Positions 8,232-15,008 of a stretch of 32,000 bases of DNA are shown in pieces. Source of the stretch: Candidatus Saccharimonas aalborgensis (GTDB lineage: Bacteria; Patescibacteriota; Saccharimonadia; Saccharimonadales; Saccharimonadaceae); NCBI RefSeq assembly GCF_000392435.1, contig NC_021219.1:30001-62000 (forward strand), in the 5' to 3' direction. Position 1 is the stretch's first letter; every line of letters starts with the position of its first letter. Below the pieces are notes generated by a model. It was not told the DNA's origin, made no database searches, and saw only the letters and a program-made list of their open reading frames with translations. The translations under genes and the position numbers were made by a program.

Positions 8232-9659
8232 ATGACAGCAAGGACAAGCGTGTTGCCGGCGCCCACATGGCACGGCACGCCTGCTAACCTGCAACACCAG
8301 TGGTTTGAGTTCCTGCGCGGGCACGCCCGGCAGCAGGCTCAGACTCGCCCAGCTCAGCTGAGGCGCGAACTGAGCTATGCCCAGTCCGACAACAGAGACG
8401 ATCGTGCTCAACTCCGTAGCTACGCGAACGAGAGTCGCAATCATCAGGAGAAACTCACTCGTCTGCGTGCGTCTGTTCGGACGTACAACGACGAGGACTA
8501 CTTGAACGCACTCGAAGCGCTCTTTGCCCTGCCCGAAGTCATCGCGACCCGGGTAGACAGGCATGGGGCGCTCGTCGTCCTGATTCGTCCGATCCGCAGC
8601 GACAGCCTTGATCTCGGTGACTTCGAGATCTCGTTTGATGATCTCGTTGCTGACTACAACTCATACATTGTGAGGTCTCGACTGACACAGGATGATGTCC
8701 GGTACCGCAACCTAAGTATGTGTGATAGTTTCGGCAATAACACCCACCTCTTCCGCGTTGATTCGCTCACTCGACAGCAATTCTGTGACTTCTACGCTAA
8801 CCTCGACCTTGCCGGACTTGTCCGTGCAATCTCGGAACAGATCAATGAAGTCACGGCTAGCTCCCGAGCGCTTCTCCAGCAAACAGTGCCCGGTGCCGAA
8901 CCGCTCTGGGATGGGTTCGTGGAGAATCCGCTCAAAGCGCTCAAGCAGCTGCAGAAGCGAGCCCTCGACCGGCATCAGCTCGCTCGTCAGATTCGCGAAC
9001 AGGAAAGACTTGTCGCCGACTACGACAGGGCCATGCGCGATCTCCGCGAACGCATTCGACAGAATGAGGCCGACATCCGCCGGATGGAAGCCGAATTGGT
9101 CGCCCTCGAGGCGACGGCGCGACGGCGTGGCGAGATCATCGACCTCGCTGACGCACGTCGGACGCTGCGATTCATCACCCACATGCCCGGGTTCCTCGGC
9201 ATGCGGTTCGACGAGGATGGCACCGCCGTCATTCATATCCGAACCAGCTGGGTGTATCGGGACCGGCGCTATGACCTCGGTGATTTCGAGTTGTGGCTTC
9301 GGCCCAACCGAGGTAACCACAAGGGATACGGTGTCGTGCCGATCCATGCAACACGCCTCCCCAGTGGGGGCAGAAGCACGACTTACTTCAATCGGTACGC
9401 CAGCCATCGTCCTGGTCTCAACGAGAATGACTGGTTCTGCTTCGGAGGGCGCAGCGGCGAGCTCGGCAACATGCTGAATGACGGTGATTTTGGACACTTC
9501 GTCAATATTGCAGTCAACTGCATGAACTCCGTGAACAATGCAGATAAACCAGGTCATGCCCACCACCTCCCTGTCATTCCAATGGAGGAAGTGTGGCGGC
9601 ACCAGCCGCGTACTCGTGCGCGGCGGTGGTTGGCAAGGGTGGCAATCGCCGCCAGCTGA
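8232..9659 (+). CDS. Putative E2/RWD-like protein: two repeated alpha/beta halves separated by a coiled coil
   Basis: 475 aa, SD AAGGAGG upstream. Halves share LPEVIATRVDRHGALVVLIRP..LDLGDFEI and MPGFLGMRFDEDGTAVIHIRT..YDLGDFEL. The second half has SHRPGLNENDWFCFGG...LLNDGDF-like spacing (H392, C403), resembling the E2 HPN...ICL signature. The central region is Arg/Glu heptad-rich. Confidence 0.75.
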   Translation: MTARTSVLPAPTWHGTPANLQHQWFEFLRGHARQQAQTRPAQLRRELSYAQSDNRDDRAQLRSYANESRNHQEKLTRLRASVRTYNDEDYLNALEALFALPEVIATRVDRHGALVVLIRPIRSDSLDLGDFEISFDDLVADYNSYIVRSRLTQDDVRYRNLSMCDSFGNNTHLFRVDSLTRQQFCDFYANLDLAGLVRAISEQINEVTASSRALLQQTVPGAEPLWDGFVENPLKALKQLQKRALDRHQLARQIREQERLVADYDRAMRDLRERIRQNEADIRRMEAELVALEATARRRGEIIDLADARRTLRFITHMPGFLGMRFDEDGTAVIHIRTSWVYRDRRYDLGDFELWLRPNRGNHKGYGVVPIHATRLPSGGRSTTYFNRYASHRPGLNENDWFCFGGRSGELGNMLNDGDFGHFVNIAVNCMNSVNNADKPGHAHHLPVIPMEEVWRHQPRTRARRWLARVAIAAS

Positions 9660-9686
9660 ACCCACTTTGGATCAGAAAACTACACC

Positions 9687-9724
9687 TCGGCGAGTCCGAG
9701 AGCACCCGCTCTCGGACTCGCCGA
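9687..9724 (+). terminator. Perfect 17-bp inverted repeat between the E2-like and Ubl genes
   Basis: TCGGCGAGTCCGAGAGC-ACCC-GCTCTCGGACTCGCCGA; no clear U-tract. Confidence 0.7.
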
Positions 9725-9778
9725 AAGGAGATTTATAGATAGGTAGCGATAAGTTGTGAATAATTTTTGGAAAAACTA

Positions 9779-9807
9779 TTGACGATTTATCAATAAAAGT
9801 TTATAAT
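9779..9807 (+). promoter_or_regulatory. Promoter TTGACG-N17-TATAAT for the Ubl gene
   Basis: TTGACG 9779-9784, TATAAT 9802-9807. Confidence 0.8.
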
Positions 9808-9882
9808 CTGTATCATGCTGTGCGGGTCCGATACCCCACAGTAGCTCCACCCTCGCATCACCGATCAAGGGAGGCATTGCCC

Positions 9883-10128
9883 ATGTCCAACACCGCCACC
9901 ACCGCTTCTGTGAAGCTGCCCGGAAAGGCCGGCCGCGTCGACGTCACCGTGCCTGAGGGCTCGACCGTCGCCGACGTCCTGTTGGCCGCCGCGGACGCCT
10001 TGGGCGTCCTCGGCAACTTCGACCCCGAGTCGGTCGTCGCCGTCGTCAACAACGAGGAGGCCGACCTCCAGGACGCCGTCCCCGACGGTGCTCAGGTCGA
10101 CGGCACGACCAACGTCGCCAACGGCTGA
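9883..10128 (+). CDS. Ubiquitin-like / ThiS-MoaD-like beta-grasp protein (81 aa)
   Basis: MSNTATTASVKLPGKAGRVDVTVPEGSTVADVLLAAADALGVLGNFDPESVVAVVNNEEADLQDAVPDGAQVDGTTNVANG*. Beta hairpin, helix 'STVADVLLAAADALG', C-terminal Gly. SD AAGGGAGG upstream; adjacent to E1 and JAB genes. Confidence 0.75.
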   Translation: MSNTATTASVKLPGKAGRVDVTVPEGSTVADVLLAAADALGVLGNFDPESVVAVVNNEEADLQDAVPDGAQVDGTTNVANG

Positions 10129-10534
10129 CTCGACGACTTCCTCGCCATTCGGACCATCCCCGTCGTAGGGGACCATCTAGGACCGAGTGGACCAACGAGA
10201 AGCGAAGTCCCGTCGGAATCGTGTGATGTTAGAGGGCCGTCCATCGTAGTAGTGTCTGTAGCGTGCGGAACCCGTCAAACGGTGCCGTTTCGTCTCCACT
10301 CAGCGGTGTTCGGAACTATATCCGTTTCAAGATCAAAGGGCTGCGCCTCTCTGGTATGTCGGCGATTCTGCTATTAGTAGAATCCTGTCGGCACGACGAC
10401 GAGGGCACCTCAGTAGTGAGCGACGGATCTCACATGTTCCCCCCGGGGGACAAATGGAGCGCATCACCCGACACCCGTCGGGTTTGGGGCGCGGACACTT
10501 CGGTGACCGCGCCCCCTTCGCTTTTTGAGAATAC

Positions 10535-10563
10535 TTGATTTTTTTGTTATTTTGTAGTATAAT
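10535..10563 (+). promoter_or_regulatory. Promoter TTGATT-N17-TATAAT for the JAB-E1 operon
   Basis: TTGATT 10535-10540, TATAAT 10558-10563. Confidence 0.75.
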
Positions 10564-10645
10564 AGAAGTGGCATTTTCTAGGTCTATTCCTGGGGTGCTC
10601 GACCCTTTACACCCTAGGCCCACACGAGACAAGGAGTCTTCTACT

Positions 10646-11278
10646 ATGCGCATCCTCTCTGCTCCGTTGACCGCGAAGGACGCACCTAAATTGGTCGTGC
10701 CGACACTCTTCATTTCCTCGAGTGACTACGACCTGATGCTCATCTACGCCCAGACGGCCTCACCACAAGAGGTGAACGGCTATGGGCTGATCGACCAGGG
10801 CGCCCGTGACCAGTTCATATTGTGCCCCGGTGGCCTCTTCATCACCGACCAGGTGGTGACGCAGGTCAGCGCCAAGCCGACTGCGGTCGGCAACGCCTAC
10901 GCCGGCAACCGTGCCGACGAGGCCGGCATGACGCTGGGGCTGCAGTGGCACAGCCACGGCAGGGGCGGAGCGTATCACTCGCCGACCGACATGAACACCG
11001 CCCACAACTACGGGAGGGTCGGCACCATCGACTGGATGATCTGGGTCGTCATCAATGACCGTGGCGACGTAGTCGCACGGCTCGAGCAGTACGCACCAAT
11101 CCGCATCGGCGTGCCGATGACCGTCATCGTCGTCCCCGACAACCACCAGCAGCTGCTGGAGCAGGTCACGGACGACATCGCGCGGCACGTCCGCGTCGAG
11201 ACGCCTCCGATACCATCCAAGGCGCTGGCGGCAACGCCAGCGTTCGTCAGCCCCGACAAGAAGGAGAACACCAAGTGA
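10646..11278 (+). CDS. JAB/JAMM (MPN+) metalloprotease, candidate deubiquitinase-like isopeptidase
   Basis: SPQEVNGYGL (upstream Glu) and LQWHSHGRGGAYHSPTDMNTAH = HxH-x7-SxxD JAMM motif. Real start MRILSAP at 10646 with AAGGAG SD; the upstream part of the tracked ORF lies in the promoter/leader. Confidence 0.9.
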   Translation: MRILSAPLTAKDAPKLVVPTLFISSSDYDLMLIYAQTASPQEVNGYGLIDQGARDQFILCPGGLFITDQVVTQVSAKPTAVGNAYAGNRADEAGMTLGLQWHSHGRGGAYHSPTDMNTAHNYGRVGTIDWMIWVVINDRGDVVARLEQYAPIRIGVPMTVIVVPDNHQQLLEQVTDDIARHVRVETPPIPSKALAATPAFVSPDKKENTK

Positions 11279-11958
11279 GCAACGAGGACTTCGCTCCGAA
11301 CTGGTCCGACCAAGGCGGGATCTTCGATCCCGACAGCTTCGTCGGGACCATTACCATCATCGGGGCGGGGGGTATCGGCGCAAGCCTCATCCCCACGCTG
11401 GTCACCGTCGGTTTCCGGCGGTTCATCATCTACGACCCCGACCGGGTCGAGGACCGCAACATCGCCAGCCAACTGCTCTACAAGCCGCGTGACCTCTACC
11501 GCCCCAAGGTGGAGGTTTGTCAGGAGTACATCCAGACATACGGCGACTGTCAGGTGGTGGTCGAGGTACACCAGCGGCTGTTCACTGCCGAGGACCGCAT
11601 CACGACCCCAGTCGTCATCAGCGCCGTCGACAACCAAGACGCGCGTCGGATGATCTGGCAAGCCGTCCAGGACTCTCCCGACGTGCGACTCCTCATCGAC
11701 GGGCGTATCGGCAGCGAGGCGTTCACTTGCCTCGCCGTCGACATGCTCGACGACAGCGACTGGTATGACACCAAGTTCCTCGGCGACAACATCGCCCAGC
11801 TGCCCTGCGCCAGCCGTGCCATCGCCTACCCGGCGGTGGCGCTCGGTGCCGTCATCACACGGCACCTGGTGCACTGGCACGCTGGGGAGGAACTGCCACG
11901 GCGCGTCTCGCAGGACATGCGAGACCTCGTGCAACTCGTGATCCAGGCCCCGAAGTAA
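11275..11958 (+). CDS. ThiF/MoeB/E1-like adenylating enzyme
   Basis: 227 aa, GTG start. TIIGAGGIGASL nucleotide loop; YDPDRVEDRNIASQLLY...RPKVEVC; VVISAVDNQDARR; LPCASRAIAYPAVALGAVI (candidate Cys178). Confidence 0.9.
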   Translation: MSNEDFAPNWSDQGGIFDPDSFVGTITIIGAGGIGASLIPTLVTVGFRRFIIYDPDRVEDRNIASQLLYKPRDLYRPKVEVCQEYIQTYGDCQVVVEVHQRLFTAEDRITTPVVISAVDNQDARRMIWQAVQDSPDVRLLIDGRIGSEAFTCLAVDMLDDSDWYDTKFLGDNIAQLPCASRAIAYPAVALGAVITRHLVHWHAGEELPRRVSQDMRDLVQLVIQAPK

Positions 11959-12072
11959 GAGGGTCGTTCCGCTTCTCCACCACAGTAGCCAACTGTGCGA
12001 GGAGGAGCGGGATAACCGACCATAGATACAACAAGCTATGCTGATGAGCTGTAAACAGCGAATCGGTTATCC

Positions 12073-12687
12073 CTACGCTCTGTGACCAGTCGTTTTCCGA
12101 TAGTTATACAGACTGAGCGCGAGTGAGCCAAGCAACATACCTGTTGCGGCGTGTTTTGCCCAGCGCGCTTCTTTGCTCTCCGGATACGCATCTCCAACTC
12201 TCAAGCTCACCGAACGTACTGCTGTCGAGAGTTTTCCCCACCACTGTGCTGCACCATCGCCACAGTGTTCTGTTTGGATTGTACGAAGATACGTCGACGT
12301 AACGTCCCGGCCGAGTCTCAGCAAAAACGTCGCAACGTCTAATTCACCGCGAAGCACGCGCAGCAATTCTTGCACAAAAAAATCGAGTTTATCAACAAAT
12401 GGATCAATTACTTTGCCAAAGGCATTTTCGGCTCCCGCACTCCGGATAATTTCGCCGTCTATCTTGTCACCAAGGTCAAGCAGGCTCTCGAGCGCAACAA
12501 ACTGAGCGCGAGATAATTTGCCCCGAGAATGGGCAGCCTCGACAATCATACGCGCAGCGAACCGTCCAAGCGTTACGATATTTGCCTCAATAATCGCGCG
12601 CTGCTGCTCTGGTGAATAATCAGCCCAGGCACCGCGGGTATCCTGGAAACCCTTTGCCAGCGGGCGTAGAACTTCACGAGCTATCAT
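12073..12687 (-). CDS. CDP-alcohol phosphatidyltransferase-like membrane protein
   Basis: DKIDGEIIRSAGAENAFGKVIDPFVDK matches DxxDGxxxRx8GxxxDxxxD (Ile instead of Ala before Arg). Confidence 0.65.
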   Translation of the reverse strand: MIAREVLRPLAKGFQDTRGAWADYSPEQQRAIIEANIVTLGRFAARMIVEAAHSRGKLSRAQFVALESLLDLGDKIDGEIIRSAGAENAFGKVIDPFVDKLDFFVQELLRVLRGELDVATFLLRLGRDVTSTYLRTIQTEHCGDGAAQWWGKLSTAVRSVSLRVGDAYPESKEARWAKHAATGMLLGSLALSLYNYRKTTGHRA

Positions 12688-12768
12688 AGAGGTATTACAT
12701 CAGGTTGGTTCAAGAGGTGCAACCACTAGCATCAAAAAATATCAAAAAACGCTCCAGCGGAGCGTTAC

Positions 12769-13314
12769 CTAGCCTATACGGCAGAACGAGGTGAGTTTTG
12801 CATTTCCATAACTACGATTGTCCACCACAACAATTCCGTTTTGCAGATTTGGTCCCTCACCTCGTCCTGACCAAGATAATACCATAAGCCCATTAGGTTT
12901 GAGAAGAGCAAATAACTGAGAGACTGTGGATAACTGTGGATCGTTGTATGGCGGATCAGCAAAGATTATGTCGTAATTTTTTTGTGATTTCGTCGTGAGC
13001 CAGTTTACGACAGATGTGTTGACTATCTCCACCTTTTCGGCTGCATCCAGCGATACCACATTTTTTGCCAAAACTTTTTGAGCAATTTTGTCACGTTCGA
13101 CAAATGTCACGCCTGCGGCACCCCTACTCAGCGCCTCAAGTCCAACCGCACCCGTGCCGGCAAATGCATCGAGAACCTCAGCCCCTTCGATACGAGTACC
13201 AATGCTATTGAAAAGTGCATTTCGTATTCGCTCACCCATGGGATGCGTGCGCGAGTTGTCTGGTGCATCAATCTTGCGACCACCGTACTGTCCTGCAATG
13301 AGGCGAATATACAT
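12769..13314 (-). CDS. rsmD: 16S rRNA (guanine966-N2)-methyltransferase
   Basis: MYIRLIAGQYGGRKIDAP...RIRNALFNSIG...VLDAFAGTGAVGLEALSRGA...DIIFADPPYN; start taken at 13314. Confidence 0.9.
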   Translation of the reverse strand: MYIRLIAGQYGGRKIDAPDNSRTHPMGERIRNALFNSIGTRIEGAEVLDAFAGTGAVGLEALSRGAAGVTFVERDKIAQKVLAKNVVSLDAAEKVEIVNTSVVNWLTTKSQKNYDIIFADPPYNDPQLSTVSQLFALLKPNGLMVLSWSGRGEGPNLQNGIVVVDNRSYGNAKLTSFCRIG

Positions 13315-13318
13315 GGTA

Positions 13319-14125
13319 TTAGAGCTCCGCCTTGCGATACGCTTCGTACCATGCAAACATGACAACCTGAATGATAGTTGGCAACAGAACCCGCCGCGTC
13401 TGCCGCGCTAACTTGGTGGTCCATCCTTCGTTCCAAAACGTATGATACATGTCGAGCGAATACACTTCGTGCATGGCATCCAAAAAAACCTGCTCTAGCC
13501 CTTGTGCCGTCGCCTGAGCGAGCCAAGCGTGATCAAGATCTTTTTGCGGATAACGAGAGGTCTTGGCGGCTGCGGCAACGCCAAACTCAAACGCTGCATG
13601 CGTCATAAATACTCCCTTAGCACCCCAATACTCCCAGTTTTTGCTCAGTGTCTCGAGACGTGTCTCACCGACAATAAAGTTCTTTTCTTTGATGGTGAGC
13701 CGTTCTTCTTTTGGCTTACCCCAAAGCTCTTCGATCTTTTCACCTAGGGGATAGTGATGAGCTGGAGTCAACCCATCGACAATAGCGTGCGATAGCCAGG
13801 CGGCTTCAAAAGCCGCTCGTTCATGATTATTGTAGCGCAGTGCCTCGACAAGGTTGTGTTGATGATCGAGGATCATCGTGACTAACTGACGGTCATCGGA
13901 TTTTGAGGGGTCGATATAGTGCCACGGCTCATCAGCACTGGGACTCTTGCGCTTCAGGCCATCGGGGCCATTGTCACCCTCAAACGCCAAGATTTCTTTG
14001 ATAGCAGGAAATCCTGGTCCGACTCCTGGTAGTTGATCCAGATTTCGGCGTGCAATCCGATCGATTTTTTGATGAACCCCGATGAACCCGCCAGAGGTTT
14101 TGTTAAGCGTTGTGCCTGAATACAT
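13319..14125 (-). CDS. Hypothetical protein with His/Asp-rich motif, possibly zinc-dependent phospholipase C/P1 nuclease-like
   Basis: 268 aa; WHYIDP, DHQHNL, WLSHAIVDGLTPAHHYP. Confidence 0.65.
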   Translation of the reverse strand: MYSGTTLNKTSGGFIGVHQKIDRIARRNLDQLPGVGPGFPAIKEILAFEGDNGPDGLKRKSPSADEPWHYIDPSKSDDRQLVTMILDHQHNLVEALRYNNHERAAFEAAWLSHAIVDGLTPAHHYPLGEKIEELWGKPKEERLTIKEKNFIVGETRLETLSKNWEYWGAKGVFMTHAAFEFGVAAAAKTSRYPQKDLDHAWLAQATAQGLEQVFLDAMHEVYSLDMYHTFWNEGWTTKLARQTRRVLLPTIIQVVMFAWYEAYRKAEL

Positions 14126-14174
14126 TACTCCTTATGATAGCAGACTCGCTACTTAAAATCACGATGGGAGCATA

Positions 14175-14203
14175 TTGACATTTTGCGACTTTATTATTAA
14201 AAT
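14175..14203 (+). promoter_or_regulatory. Promoter TTGACA-N17-TAAAAT
   Basis: TTGACA 14175-14180; TAAAAT 14198-14203. Confidence 0.65.
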
Positions 14204-14244
14204 AATGAAGTCCTATCTGTGTCAAACTGCGAGAAGAGGTACTA

Positions 14245-14442
14245 ATGGACAGGTTCTTTGTGGTAATCACCGTGCAAACGTTCTATCCCAGTCGAATGAA
14301 CACGCACTGCTGCATCGTCACTGACACCGATCCTGTTATGCGGTACAACACCGTATACCAAACGGTCTGCCGGCAGTATGGCCTTCCCGAGGAAGCCACT
14401 GCAACTCTGTTCTACTCGGTGGAGAAGATGCCCGCCGCCTAG
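14245..14442 (+). CDS. Small hypothetical protein (65 aa)
   Basis: Promoter and RBS (AAGAGG) upstream, hairpin immediately downstream; no family recognised. Confidence 0.55.
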   Translation: MDRFFVVITVQTFYPSRMNTHCCIVTDTDPVMRYNTVYQTVCRQYGLPEEATATLFYSVEKMPAA

Positions 14443-14495
14443 CCCCGCCACCCGTTGTAGGCACACAGCCTCCGGGTGACCGGGGCTGTTTGCTT
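14441..14495 (+). terminator. Hairpin, repeat copy 1
   Basis: AGCCCCGccACCCG...CGGGTgacCGGGGCTgtttgctta inverted repeat; nearly identical copy at 14946-15003. Confidence 0.75.
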
Positions 14496-14501
14496 AGATG
14501 G

Positions 14502-14530
14502 TTGACAAAAATGATATTTTTTGATATAAT
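14502..14530 (+). promoter_or_regulatory. Promoter TTGACA-N17-TATAAT
   Basis: TTGACA 14502-14507; TATAAT 14525-14530. Confidence 0.85.
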
Positions 14531-14629
14531 ATAAAATAACTTTCCGCCCCAGGAAAAGATGCGCGTCTTGTGCATTCCACAAAACTGGGTGCGACGGAAG
14601 TCGTACCCTCTACTCGAAGGAGCAGTTCT

Positions 14630-14938
14630 ATGTCTTGGTTCCTCAACGCTCTCGGCATCATCGTTATCGTCGTCGTCAGCATCTTCCTGATTCTCGTGGT
14701 CATGTTCATTGTGTCCATCTTCAGGGAGGCGAGCAAGCCCTGGACGCCGCTCACGCCGAAGCAAGTGGAGGCAGAGCACCTGATGGGACAACTTCGGGCC
14801 GTCTACGGAGACATCCAGTACGCCCGCGCACAACAGTTTGGGGAGTGGGATACCCTACGAGCCGCGGATATCGCGCGGCTTCAGGCAGAGGCTACCACAC
14901 TCCGAAACCAGCTTGCGAGACTCGGCTACGACGAGTAG
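14630..14938 (+). CDS. Small single-TM protein with C-terminal coiled coil (102 aa)
   Basis: MSWFLNALGIIVIVVVSIFLILVVMFIVSIF then a helical region; SD GAAGGAG before ATG 14630. Confidence 0.7.
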   Translation: MSWFLNALGIIVIVVVSIFLILVVMFIVSIFREASKPWTPLTPKQVEAEHLMGQLRAVYGDIQYARAQQFGEWDTLRAADIARLQAEATTLRNQLARLGYDE

Positions 14939-14945
14939 TACCATA

Positions 14946-15003
14946 AGCCCCGATCACCCGTTGCAGGCACACAGCCTCCGGGTGACCGGGGCTGTTTGCT
15001 TAT
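14946..15003 (+). terminator. Hairpin, repeat copy 2
   Basis: AGCCCCGATCACCCGTTGCAGGCACACAGCCTCCGGGTGACCGGGGCTGTTTGCTTA; near-copy of 14441-14495. Confidence 0.75.
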
Positions 15004-15008
15004 TGTGG

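Noticed and set aside
8712-9665. 317-aa minus-strand ORF antisense to the E2-like gene
   Set aside because: Shadow ORF created by GC-rich third positions. The plus-strand frame has a promoter, an SD and an internal domain duplication.
9865-10176. 103-aa minus-strand ORF over the Ubl gene
   Set aside because: Shadow of the Ubl frame, which has a matching promoter, SD and genomic context.
11008-11934. 308-aa minus-strand ORF (and 10760-11188) antisense to JAMM/E1
   Set aside because: Antisense to clearly conserved JAMM and ThiF/E1 motifs. Val/Asp/Gly-rich composition is typical of shadow frames.
9883-11958. Thiamine or molybdopterin sulfur-carrier locus (ThiS/MoaD + ThiF/MoeB + JAB)
   Set aside because: No thiG, thiE, moaE, cysteine synthase or other metabolic partner nearby. 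A duplicated E2-like protein is present instead. Not fully excluded without a homology search.
8109-11958. CBASS or Pup-proteasome system
   Set aside because: No CD-NTase, effector, PafA/Dop, Mpa or proteasome subunit is present in the window.
14336-14833. 165-aa minus-strand ORF over the 14.5-kb small gene region
   Set aside because: Crosses the hairpin, the promoter and the low-complexity AT region; the plus-strand small gene has a full set of expression signals.
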